Source: a virus
Taxonomy: Duplodnaviria > Caudoviricetes
Virus record (IMG/VR): IMGVR_UViG_3300006483_000009
Span: 1-32,361 of that record
Length of the DNA stretch: 32,361 nucleotides
Direction: 5' to 3' (one strand)
In this document: piece by piece, positions 1 to 7,611 of the stretch
Numbering within the stretch: position 1 is the stretch's first letter
Layout of the letters: each line of letters opens with the position of its first letter
The notes under the pieces: generated by a model
Told to the model about the DNA's origin: nothing
What the model saw: the letters and a program-made list of their open reading frames with translations, nothing else
The model's database searches: none
Translations under genes and position numbers: made by a program

Positions 1-14
1 AAGTGAACGATGCA

Positions 15-63
15 AAAATAAAAAATACAGAGTGAGAATTTCTCGCTCTGTATTTTTTATTTT
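15..63. terminator. Bidirectional intrinsic terminator
   Basis: 23-bp inverted repeat AAAATAAAAAATACAGAGTGAGA-att-TCTCGCTCTGTATTTTTTATTTT with one G-U/mismatch and A/T tracts on both sides. Confidence 0.8.
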
Positions 64-329
64 AATTGATTCTCCTCAGACTCTACCAGCCTTACTCATC
101 CAGGTCATAGATAAAATATGATACCAAAATGACTGTTTTTCTCTTTTCCTATTAGCCCCAAATCACTATAGGTCTATTACTGTTTACGTTACCATTTCTT
201 GTTTATCAATCTAGTCCGTTTGTTAAAGTAGAAAATTACTGAATCAACTGTTAAATCTATTTTACATACTCAAATTCCGAAAAACAATCGGATGTATAAT
301 TTATTTTTTTTTTAAAATCCTCAACAATC

Positions 330-389
330 ATTACCTCCTGTGGCTATTAGGTAGAGGAACTTTCCTCTGACTATATCGCAGGAGGTAAT
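330..389 (+). promoter_or_regulatory. Leader hairpin occluding the antirepressor RBS
   Basis: ATTACCTCCTG (330-340) is the exact reverse complement of CAGGAGGTAAT (379-389), which contains the SD for ATG 394; inner stem AGAGGA/TCCTCT (353-368). Confidence 0.6.
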
Positions 390-393
390 TCGT

Positions 394-1146
394 ATGGACG
401 AATTAGTAAAAATCAACTATGAAAATCAGCGACCAACCGTACTCGGTCGTGATTTACATGAAGCCTTGGAAGTAAAGACCGCTTATAAAGATTGGTTTCC
501 AAGAATGTGTGAGTACGGATTTGAGGAAGGGTCAGACTTTAGCTCATTTTTGAGCGAAAGTACCGGAGGCAGACCGAGCATAGACCATCAGTTAACAATC
601 GATATGGCAAAAGAGCTATGCATGATACAGCGTACCCCAAAAGGGAAAGAGTGCCGTCAATACTTTCTTGAAATAGAAAGACGCTGGAATTCCCCCGAGG
701 CCATTATGGCAAGGGCTTTACAGTTTGCCAATCAGCAACTAATTCAAGTAAGGAATCAAAATAAAGTGCTTGAAGGTACGGTTGCGGTTCAGAATCAGCA
801 AATTGCAGAAATGAAACCGAAAGTCTCTTATTACGATGTGGTTTTAAATTGTAAAGACCTCATTTCCACATCAGCAATTGCCAAAGATTACGGCAAATCC
901 GCTATTTGGATGAACCGCTATCTCAATAAAAAGGGCATTCAGTTTAAACAAGGTGGTATCTGGCTTTTATATCAGAAGTATGCGGAAAAAGGCTACACCA
1001 GCACTAAGACACATAGCTACCTTGGCAGTAATGGGCAGCAGCATACAAAGGTCCATACATACTGGACTCAAAAAGGTAGACTCTTCATTTACGAATTGAT
1101 GAAGGCGGACGGTATTTTGCCTCAGATAGAAATGGAGGGTGCGTAA
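394..1146 (+). CDS. Phage antirepressor (AntA/AntB N-terminus plus ANT/KilAC C-terminus)
   Basis: N-term GRDLHEALEVKTAYKDWFPRM..GFEEGSDF..GGRP..DMAKEL..RQYF; C-term KPKVSYYD..IAKDYG..WTQKGRLFIY; SD GGAGG at 381-385. Confidence 0.9.
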   Translation: MDELVKINYENQRPTVLGRDLHEALEVKTAYKDWFPRMCEYGFEEGSDFSSFLSESTGGRPSIDHQLTIDMAKELCMIQRTPKGKECRQYFLEIERRWNSPEAIMARALQFANQQLIQVRNQNKVLEGTVAVQNQQIAEMKPKVSYYDVVLNCKDLISTSAIAKDYGKSAIWMNRYLNKKGIQFKQGGIWLLYQKYAEKGYTSTKTHSYLGSNGQQHTKVHTYWTQKGRLFIYELMKADGILPQIEMEGA

Positions 1147-1580
1147 TGGGAATCAACAAATTTAATCATGAAGGATACCATGACCCAACTCCCCATGAAG
1201 CACTGACCAACATAATGAAAAAGGAAAAGGCAGAGAAAAAACCTGCCTTTAAGCCGCTTGTATATATCTGTTCTCCCTATTCCGGTGATGTAGAAGGAAA
1301 CGTTAAAAAGGCCCGTAACTTTTGTAGATTTGCCTTGGAGAGTAATTGTATCCCAATTGCTCCCCACCTTATGTTTCCGCAGTTTATGGATGATGAAAAT
1401 CCAGTGGAACGGGAGCTTGCCATATTTATGGACATCGTGCTTATGGGCAAATGCTCCGAGGTGTGGGTGCTGGGCAATACCATCTCAAACGGTATGGCGA
1501 GGGAAATTGAAGTAGCCAAGAAACGCAGACAAACGGTTAGATATTTTAGTCCGGAGCATGAGGAGGTCGAAAGTTTATGA
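1146..1580 (+). CDS. DUF4406-like protein (nucleoside deoxyribosyltransferase-like fold)
   Basis: VYICSPYSG..PIAPHL..CSEVWVLG..ISNGMAREIEVA pattern; TAATG overlap with the upstream gene. Confidence 0.7.
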   Translation: MGINKFNHEGYHDPTPHEALTNIMKKEKAEKKPAFKPLVYICSPYSGDVEGNVKKARNFCRFALESNCIPIAPHLMFPQFMDDENPVERELAIFMDIVLMGKCSEVWVLGNTISNGMAREIEVAKKRRQTVRYFSPEHEEVESL

Positions 1581-3943
1581 AAATTGCAGTGGGCAATAGC
1601 CGGATGGACAGGAAATGGAAAAACAAAGATATCTCCTGGGAGGATTTTTGCTCCCGTGTAAAGACAACACAGCGGACCACAGAAACAGTACAAGAATATC
1701 GGAAACTTAAAAAAGGTCATCAAGATGATATCAAAGACGTCGGTGGCTTTGTCGGAGGGCATTTAAAAGAAGGAAGGCGAAAGAAGGGCAATGTTCTGTG
1801 TCGTTCTTTGCTTACCCTTGACATGGATTACGGTAGACCAGATATTTGGGAGCAAATCTCAATGCTTTTTGATTTCAAATGTTGCGTTTACTCCACCCAT
1901 AAGCACACACCGGAAAATCCGAGACTCAGGCTTATCGTTCCCCTTGCTCGTGAGATCAGCGAAGAAGAATATGCAGCTGTTGGACGTATGGTGGCAAAAG
2001 AAATTGGTATTGATCTTTTCGATGATACGACATATGAAGCCCATCGCCTTATGTATTGGCCATCCACTTCCTCTAATGGTCAATTTGTCTATGAAGAGCA
2101 GGATGGAGCATTACTTGACCCGGATATTTATCTTGCAAAATATGAAAATTGGCGAGATACGTCAACTTGGCCCGTATCAAGCAGGCAGTCTGAAGTTATT
2201 AATCGCAGTCTGAAAGAACAAGCAGATCCTATTTTAAAGGAAGGTGTGGTAGGAACTTTCTGTCGCACCTATTCCGTTCGTGAAGCAATTGATAAATTTT
2301 TAAGTTCAGTTTATGCACCATCTGTAATGGAAGGACGCTATGACTATATTCCAGCGGACAGTAGCGCGGGTGTGATTATCTATGATGATAAATTTGCATA
2401 CAGCCACCATGCTACTGATCCAGCAAGCGGCCTGCTTCTTAATGCTTTTGATCTCGTTCGTATTCATAAATTCGGCTCTTTAGATGATAGAGCTTCCACT
2501 ACTACGGCTCCTGGCAGGATGCCGTCTTTTGTGGCAATGTGCGAGTTTGCTATAAAAGATGAAGCGGTAAAAGCTGAGTTCGCAAAGGAGAGACAGGCTC
2601 AGGCTGAAGAGGAGTTTAGTGATGAGGATTGGCAGACAGGTTTGGAGCTGGATAAGCAAGGTCGGATAAAAGACTCTTTAGACAACATCGTTCTGATTAT
2701 TCGGCATGATGAGGAATTACAACATATCGCTTTCAATTGCCACCGTGATGGGATCGATGCCAAAGGTGGTCTGCCTTGGGAACAGATTAAGATGGGTTGG
2801 AATGATTTGGATAACGCACTTCTTAAGGTGTACTTAAGCAGCAAATACGGAGTCTATTCACCTACCAAGACCAAGGATGCTGTGTTAGCGGTAGCGTCAG
2901 AACGAGCCTACCATCCTGTTAAAGAGTATTTAGACTCCCTGCCAAAATGGGATGGTATTAGCCGAGTGGAAAATCTGCTCATTGATTATTTCGGTGCAAC
3001 AGATAATTCCTATACAAAAGCAGTGATTCGCAAAACAATGGTTGCAGCGGTAGCCCGCATTTATAGACCAGGTACAAAGTTTGATAGTGTTCTAATCTTA
3101 AACGGGCCTCAAGGTATCGGTAAGTCAACCTTCTTTGCCAAGCTTGCTAGAGACTGGTTTTCAGATAGTTTGACTATTACAGATATGAAGGATAAATCCG
3201 GGGCTGAGAAACTTCAGGGATATTGGTTACTGGAACTAGGAGAGCTTGCTGGAATGCGTAAGACGGATGTGGAGGTTGTAAAGTCCTTTATTTCAAGGGC
3301 GGATGATAAGTACCGTGCCAGTTATGGGGTCAATGTCGAAAGCCATCCCCGTCAGTGTGTAATTGTAGGTTCTACGAATGCAGAAAGCGGATTTCTTCGA
3401 GATATTACGGGCAATCGTAGATTTTGGCCAGTCCGCATTAACGGTAACGGTAAAAAGAAAGCTTGGCAGATGACCAAAGAGGAAGTACAGCAGATTTGGG
3501 CAGAGGCACTAGTGCTTTATGAGAAGGGCGAAAAACTCTACCTTGAAGGTGATGATGTATCCATGGCGACGAGTGAACAGGCAGATGCGATGGAAACAGA
3601 TGAACGAGAAGGACTGGTTCGTACCTATCTGGATACGCTCTTGCCGAATGATTGGGACACGATGTCTTTGTACGAGCGTAGAAATTTCCTCGGCGGTAGC
3701 GAATTTGGCGGCGGCACCCGTGTTGGAACAGTAAAAAGGACCCTTGTTTGTAATATGGAAATTTGGTGTGAGTGTTTCGGTAAAGAGGCATCCATGTTAA
3801 AACCATCAGATTCCTATGCCATCGGTGCCATTATGAGAAAGATCAGTGAGTGGAACAAGTACACCGGGAACAAGAATGGTGTCGTAACGTTTCCTGTCTA
3901 CGGAAAGCAACGAGCTTATTCCCGAGTCGAGGAACAACGCTAA
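1577..3943 (+). CDS. Primase-helicase: AEP-like N-terminus plus VirE/VapE-family P-loop domain
   Basis: LTLDMD, YSTHKH..PRLRLIVPL, RLMYWPS in the N-term; Walker A GPQGIGKST, WLLELGEL, STN, GNRRFWPV in the C-term. Confidence 0.9.
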   Translation: MKIAVGNSRMDRKWKNKDISWEDFCSRVKTTQRTTETVQEYRKLKKGHQDDIKDVGGFVGGHLKEGRRKKGNVLCRSLLTLDMDYGRPDIWEQISMLFDFKCCVYSTHKHTPENPRLRLIVPLAREISEEEYAAVGRMVAKEIGIDLFDDTTYEAHRLMYWPSTSSNGQFVYEEQDGALLDPDIYLAKYENWRDTSTWPVSSRQSEVINRSLKEQADPILKEGVVGTFCRTYSVREAIDKFLSSVYAPSVMEGRYDYIPADSSAGVIIYDDKFAYSHHATDPASGLLLNAFDLVRIHKFGSLDDRASTTTAPGRMPSFVAMCEFAIKDEAVKAEFAKERQAQAEEEFSDEDWQTGLELDKQGRIKDSLDNIVLIIRHDEELQHIAFNCHRDGIDAKGGLPWEQIKMGWNDLDNALLKVYLSSKYGVYSPTKTKDAVLAVASERAYHPVKEYLDSLPKWDGISRVENLLIDYFGATDNSYTKAVIRKTMVAAVARIYRPGTKFDSVLILNGPQGIGKSTFFAKLARDWFSDSLTITDMKDKSGAEKLQGYWLLELGELAGMRKTDVEVVKSFISRADDKYRASYGVNVESHPRQCVIVGSTNAESGFLRDITGNRRFWPVRINGNGKKKAWQMTKEEVQQIWAEALVLYEKGEKLYLEGDDVSMATSEQADAMETDEREGLVRTYLDTLLPNDWDTMSLYERRNFLGGSEFGGGTRVGTVKRTLVCNMEIWCECFGKEASMLKPSDSYAIGAIMRKISEWNKYTGNKNGVVTFPVYGKQRAYSRVEEQR

Positions 3944-4137
3944 GTTGTACCTTACATTGTTCCCATACTTGTTCTTTCCCTAAAGTTAGTAATGATAAGG
4001 AAAATCAACGGTTCGGAACAAGTGGAACAAGAAGTAACCTATTTATTTATAAATAGTAAAAAGAAATAATAGGAGCCTGTGCGTACACGCATACACGCGC
4101 GTATAGGAAAATTGGTTCAAAGTTGTTTTCTTGTTCC
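3852..4137. repeat. GGAACAAG iteron-like cluster; putative replication origin
   Basis: Forward copies at 3852, 3867, 3931 (GGAACAAC), 4015, 4024; reverse copies at 3944, 3956, 3968, 4130; AT-rich stretch 4040-4070; directly after the primase-helicase. Confidence 0.65.
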
Positions 4138-4161
4138 GGCCTTTTTATATGGGAGGTATTT

Positions 4162-4443
4162 ATGCTTGAAAAATATATCGAAAAGAAACTGGTGGCTGAG
4201 GTAAAAAAGATGGGAGGCATCGCTGCGAAGTTTGTTAGCCCAGGTTTAGATGGAATGCCAGACCGCCTAGTGCTTTTACCGCATGGGAAGATGGCATTTG
4301 TGGAATTAAAGGCTCCCGGAAAGAAACCTCGCCTGTTACAGATTAGAAGAATAAAGCAATTACAGAAGTTAGGCTTTGCCTGCTATGTCATTGATGATGT
4401 TAAGCAGATTGGAGGGATGCTGGGTGAAATACAATCCTCATAA
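4162..4443 (+). CDS. VRR-NUC domain nuclease
   Basis: EKYIE..GMPDRLVL..FVELKAPG..LQ PD-(D/E)xK pattern; start moved to ATG 4162 because of GGGAGG at 4151-4156. Confidence 0.9.
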   Translation: MLEKYIEKKLVAEVKKMGGIAAKFVSPGLDGMPDRLVLLPHGKMAFVELKAPGKKPRLLQIRRIKQLQKLGFACYVIDDVKQIGGMLGEIQSS

Positions 4444-5785
4444 ATATCAGACCTATGCAACGAACTTCATTCTAGAGCATCCCATTGTTGCTGTGTTTTT
4501 AGAAATGGGTCTTGGCAAAAGCGTCATTACTCTAACGGCTATATTCGACCTATGTCTTGATAGTTTTGAAGTTGGAAAGGTTCTGGTCATTGCTCCACTT
4601 CGTGTAGCAAGAGATACTTGGCCAGCTGAGATAAATAAGTGGGAGCATTTAAAAGGACTCAAGTTTTCGGTAGCAATCGGTACAGAGCAGGAGCGATTGG
4701 CGGCTCTAAGGAAACCTGCAAGTGTCTATCTTATAAACAGAGAAAATGTTGACTGGTTGGTAAATAAAAGTGGCATACCTTTTGATTATGACATGGTGGT
4801 CATTGATGAGCTTTCATCTTTTAAGTCCTATGGAGCAAAAAGGTTTAAAAGTTTACTAAAAGTAAGACCAAGGGCAAAACGGATTGTGGGTCTTACAGGT
4901 ACACCTTCCAGTAATGGATTAATGGATTTGTGGGCAGAGTTTCGTATTCTCGACATGGGTAAAAGACTCGGCAGATACATAACTCACTACCGCAATTCCT
5001 TCTTTACACCAGATAAACGCAATCAGCAAATCGTATTTTCATATAAACCATTGCCAGGTGCTGAAGATGCTATATATCGGCTCATTTCGGATATTACCAT
5101 TTCCATGAAGTCGATAGATTTTCTAAAAATGCCTGAATGCGTGATCAATGAAGTGCCTGTGTATCTTAATGCTAAAGAACAATCAGTATATGACCACTTT
5201 CGTGAAGAGATGGTCCTTGAATTTGGCGATGAAGAAATAGATGCCATGAATGCAGCTGTCCTTTCAGGCAAACTCCTGCAAATGGCAAACGGTGCTATCT
5301 ATGATGATGATAAAAACCCCCGTATTATCCACGACCGCAAGCTAGATGCTCTTGAGGATTTAATTGAAGGTGCTAACGGCAAACCTGTGCTTATTGCCTA
5401 TTGGTATAATCACGATTTAGAGCGTATTAAGGCAAAATTCAATGTCAGAGAAATTAAAAATTCCAAGGATATTAAGGATTGGAACAACGGTGATATTTCT
5501 GTGGCAGTTATCCATCCTGCATCAGCGGGACACGGTCTCAACTTACAAAGTGGAGGTTCAACGCTTATCTGGTTCGGACTTACTTGGAGTCTGGAACTCT
5601 ATCAACAAACAAATGCGAGACTTTGGAGACAAGGACAAAAAGAGACAGTGGTAATCCATCACATCATTACTAAAGGTACAATTGATGAAGATGTGATGAG
5701 AGCCTTGAAACGAAAGGAAAAGACACAATCCGATCTTATTAATGCGGTCAAAGCAAATCTTGGGAAAGAGAGGGATGCTGTATGA
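4424..5785 (+). CDS. SNF2-family (SF2) helicase
   Basis: FLEMGLGKS, VVIDELS, LTGTP, HGLNLQ, QTNARLWRQGQ; GTG start 4424 after GGAGGG at 4411-4416. Confidence 0.9.
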   Translation: MKYNPHKYQTYATNFILEHPIVAVFLEMGLGKSVITLTAIFDLCLDSFEVGKVLVIAPLRVARDTWPAEINKWEHLKGLKFSVAIGTEQERLAALRKPASVYLINRENVDWLVNKSGIPFDYDMVVIDELSSFKSYGAKRFKSLLKVRPRAKRIVGLTGTPSSNGLMDLWAEFRILDMGKRLGRYITHYRNSFFTPDKRNQQIVFSYKPLPGAEDAIYRLISDITISMKSIDFLKMPECVINEVPVYLNAKEQSVYDHFREEMVLEFGDEEIDAMNAAVLSGKLLQMANGAIYDDDKNPRIIHDRKLDALEDLIEGANGKPVLIAYWYNHDLERIKAKFNVREIKNSKDIKDWNNGDISVAVIHPASAGHGLNLQSGGSTLIWFGLTWSLELYQQTNARLWRQGQKETVVIHHIITKGTIDEDVMRALKRKEKTQSDLINAVKANLGKERDAV

Positions 5786-6003
5786 TGGATGCATTTGAAA
5801 AACTGGCAAATGCCATTATTCTACAGGCAGTCAAGGATTATCGTTTTGCTTTAAAAAGACTAGCAAAACACCCTCGCAATGATTCTGCTTTATATACAAA
5901 ACGTGAGGTTGAGTGCTTCCTTCATTCTGAATTGTTCAATGTCCTTACCTCTCTCAACCCTGACATGTTAATTCAACAGCTACAAGAGGAGGTGGTGCGA
6001 TGA
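5782..6003 (+). CDS. Small hypothetical phage protein
   Basis: 73-aa ORF with ATGA overlaps at both ends; LANAIILQAVKDYR motif typical of this position in related phages (recall). Confidence 0.75.
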   Translation: MMDAFEKLANAIILQAVKDYRFALKRLAKHPRNDSALYTKREVECFLHSELFNVLTSLNPDMLIQQLQEEVVR

Positions 6004-6413
6004 TGACAGCTAAGGAATTCTTAAAACAGGCTTACCGTTTGAATGAATTGATTAACTCAGACCTTGAAGAGTTGCAAAACTTAAGGGATTTATCAAGAAG
6101 TGTTTCATCCCCTGTGCTTGATGAGAAAGTCAGTCGAACCAAGAGTACTGACCCACCCTTTGAAAAGTATGTGATTAGGATAATAGATTTGGAGCAACAG
6201 ATACAACATGAGGTTGAACGATTAATAAAGCTGAAATCAGATATCCGTGAAGCGATTAACCAGATGGAAAACGTGGATGAGAAGCTGCTCCTTCGCTACC
6301 GATACATTAACTTTCTTAACTGGGAAGAAATCTGTGTCAATCTTAATGTTTCTATGAGAACCGTTCATAGACTTCATTCATCCGCTTTGCAACACTTAAA
6401 GGTCCCCAAATAA
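6000..6413 (+). CDS. RinA/ArpU-like late transcriptional activator (DUF1492-like, sigma region-4 HTH)
   Basis: TAKEFLKQAY N-term; LLRYRYINFLNWEEICVNLNVSMRTVHRLHSSAL HTH; last gene before the packaging module. Confidence 0.8.
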   Translation: MMTAKEFLKQAYRLNELINSDLEELQNLRDLSRSVSSPVLDEKVSRTKSTDPPFEKYVIRIIDLEQQIQHEVERLIKLKSDIREAINQMENVDEKLLLRYRYINFLNWEEICVNLNVSMRTVHRLHSSALQHLKVPK

Positions 6414-6416
6414 AAG

Positions 6417-6481
6417 TTGGCACACTTTGGCACAGTTTGGCATATGATGACACTGTTTGTCCGTGGTGAAAGTTATATAAT
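6417..6481 (+). promoter_or_regulatory. Activator-dependent late promoter with 10-bp-phased direct repeats
   Basis: TTGGCACA 6417, TTGGCACA 6427, TTGGCATA 6437, ATGACACT 6447, TTGTCCGT 6457; TATAAT at 6476-6481 without a consensus -35. Confidence 0.75.
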
Positions 6482-6506
6482 GGTAGTATGGAATATTAGT
6501 AAACGG

Positions 6507-6546
6507 AAGCCTTCACGGGAGCATTTCTCCTGCGAGGGCTTTTTGT
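6507..6546 (+). terminator. Terminator-like hairpin upstream of HNH
   Basis: AAGCCTTCACGGGAG-cattt-CTCCTGCGAGGGCTT (14 of 15 pairs including G-U) running into a T tract. Confidence 0.6.
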
Positions 6547-6568
6547 ATGGGCAAAAGGAGGTGCAAGT

Positions 6569-6928
6569 ATGCCAAAGAAACCTAAGCGACCGTGCTCTTA
6601 CCCCGGTTGCCCAGAGCTAACTGACAAGCGCTTTTGTGAAGAGCATAGCAAGAAGGAAGCTGCACGGTATGAGAAGTATCAGCGTGATCCAGCAACCCGT
6701 AAACGTTATGGTCGTGCTTGGAAAAGGATACGTGACCGTTACATTGCAGCCCATCCTCTTTGTGAGGAATGTAAAAGACAAGGAAAGCTGACCCCAGCGG
6801 CTGAAGTGCATCACATTCTTCCTCTTGCAAGAGGAGGAACTCACGATAGAAGTAATCTGATGGCTCTTTGTACTCCTTGCCACTCTGCAATCACTGCAAG
6901 AGATGGAGACCGTTGGGGAACCCGGTAG
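6569..6928 (+). CDS. HNH endonuclease (HK97 gp74-like packaging cofactor)
   Basis: PLCEEC..EVHHI..GGTHDRSNLMALCTPCH; N-terminal CSYPGC..FCEEH; immediately upstream of terS. Confidence 0.9.
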   Translation: MPKKPKRPCSYPGCPELTDKRFCEEHSKKEAARYEKYQRDPATRKRYGRAWKRIRDRYIAAHPLCEECKRQGKLTPAAEVHHILPLARGGTHDRSNLMALCTPCHSAITARDGDRWGTR

Positions 6929-7000
6929 GGGGAGTCAAATCTCTACAGCTTTTCATTTGTGTAACGGGCGTGGGGTAACGCGTGAAAATTCGCGGTTTCA
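6929..7000. other. Candidate cos region
   Basis: HNH-terS intergenic space with G-rich core AC-GGGCGTGGG-GT (6964-6976) and CGCG..CGCG dyad (6979-6994). Positional inference only. Confidence 0.45.
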
Positions 7001-7039
7001 AACGAGGTAATAGGCCCATCGATGAAAAGAGGTGAGTGA

Positions 7040-7591
7040 ATGGCCAAAGATGGAACAAATCGAGGCGGCGCCCGTATAGGCTCCGGTCAAAAGAAAAAAC
7101 CACTTGCTGACAAAATTGCAGAGGGAAATCCCGGTAAAAGAAAGCTTGAAGTCGTCGAGTTCAAGAATACTGCTGACCTGAAGGGGCAGGAAATGCCAAA
7201 GCCAAGGGCCATGCTCTCCGCAGTGCAAAAGGATGGGAAAACCCTAGTAGCGAGTGAAATCTATGAAATTACATGGAAATGGCTTGAGGAGCGAGAATGT
7301 GCCCATTTGGTACTTCCACAGCTTCTAGAACGGTATGCCATGAGTGCGGCCAGATGGATACAGTGTGAGGAAGCGGTAACCGAGTTTGGTTTCCTAGCCA
7401 AGCATCCAACAACCGGCAATGCAATTCAAAGTCCTTATGTAGCAATGAGCCAAAGCTTTATGAGTCAGACAAACAGGCTATGGATGGAGATATATCAAAT
7501 CGTTAGGGAGAACTGTGCTACAGAGTACTCTGGTTTAAACCCACAGGACGATGTGATGGAGCGACTGCTATCTGCCCGCAGAGGAAAATAA
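7040..7591 (+). CDS. terS: Terminase small subunit (P27 family)
   Basis: RGGARIGSGQKKKP..GNPGKRKL..LERYA..NAIQSPYV; follows HNH; SD GAGGTGA at 7029-7035. Confidence 0.85.
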   Translation: MAKDGTNRGGARIGSGQKKKPLADKIAEGNPGKRKLEVVEFKNTADLKGQEMPKPRAMLSAVQKDGKTLVASEIYEITWKWLEERECAHLVLPQLLERYAMSAARWIQCEEAVTEFGFLAKHPTTGNAIQSPYVAMSQSFMSQTNRLWMEIYQIVRENCATEYSGLNPQDDVMERLLSARRGK

Positions 7592-7611
7592 AGATGAGGA
7601 GATATGATGTA

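Noticed and set aside
64..260. Possible minus-strand gene remnant ending at the terminator
   Set aside because: The minus frames I translated are interrupted by stops within ~30 codons and show no recognisable motif.
1277..1762. 161-aa minus-strand ORF
   Set aside because: Antisense shadow of two well-supported genes; no motif.
4123..4161. Longer start for VRR-NUC; similar extended starts at 4376, 7594, 8741, 14632, 14948, 20323, 30824
   Set aside because: Downstream starts have properly spaced SDs and match family N-termini.
6417..6464. Direct repeats as CRISPR or VNTR
   Set aside because: 10-bp period with no spacers and no cas genes; better explained as activator sites.
6417..6620. 67-aa ORF over the late promoter
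   Set aside because: TTG start inside the repeat array, no SD, overlaps HNH out of frame.
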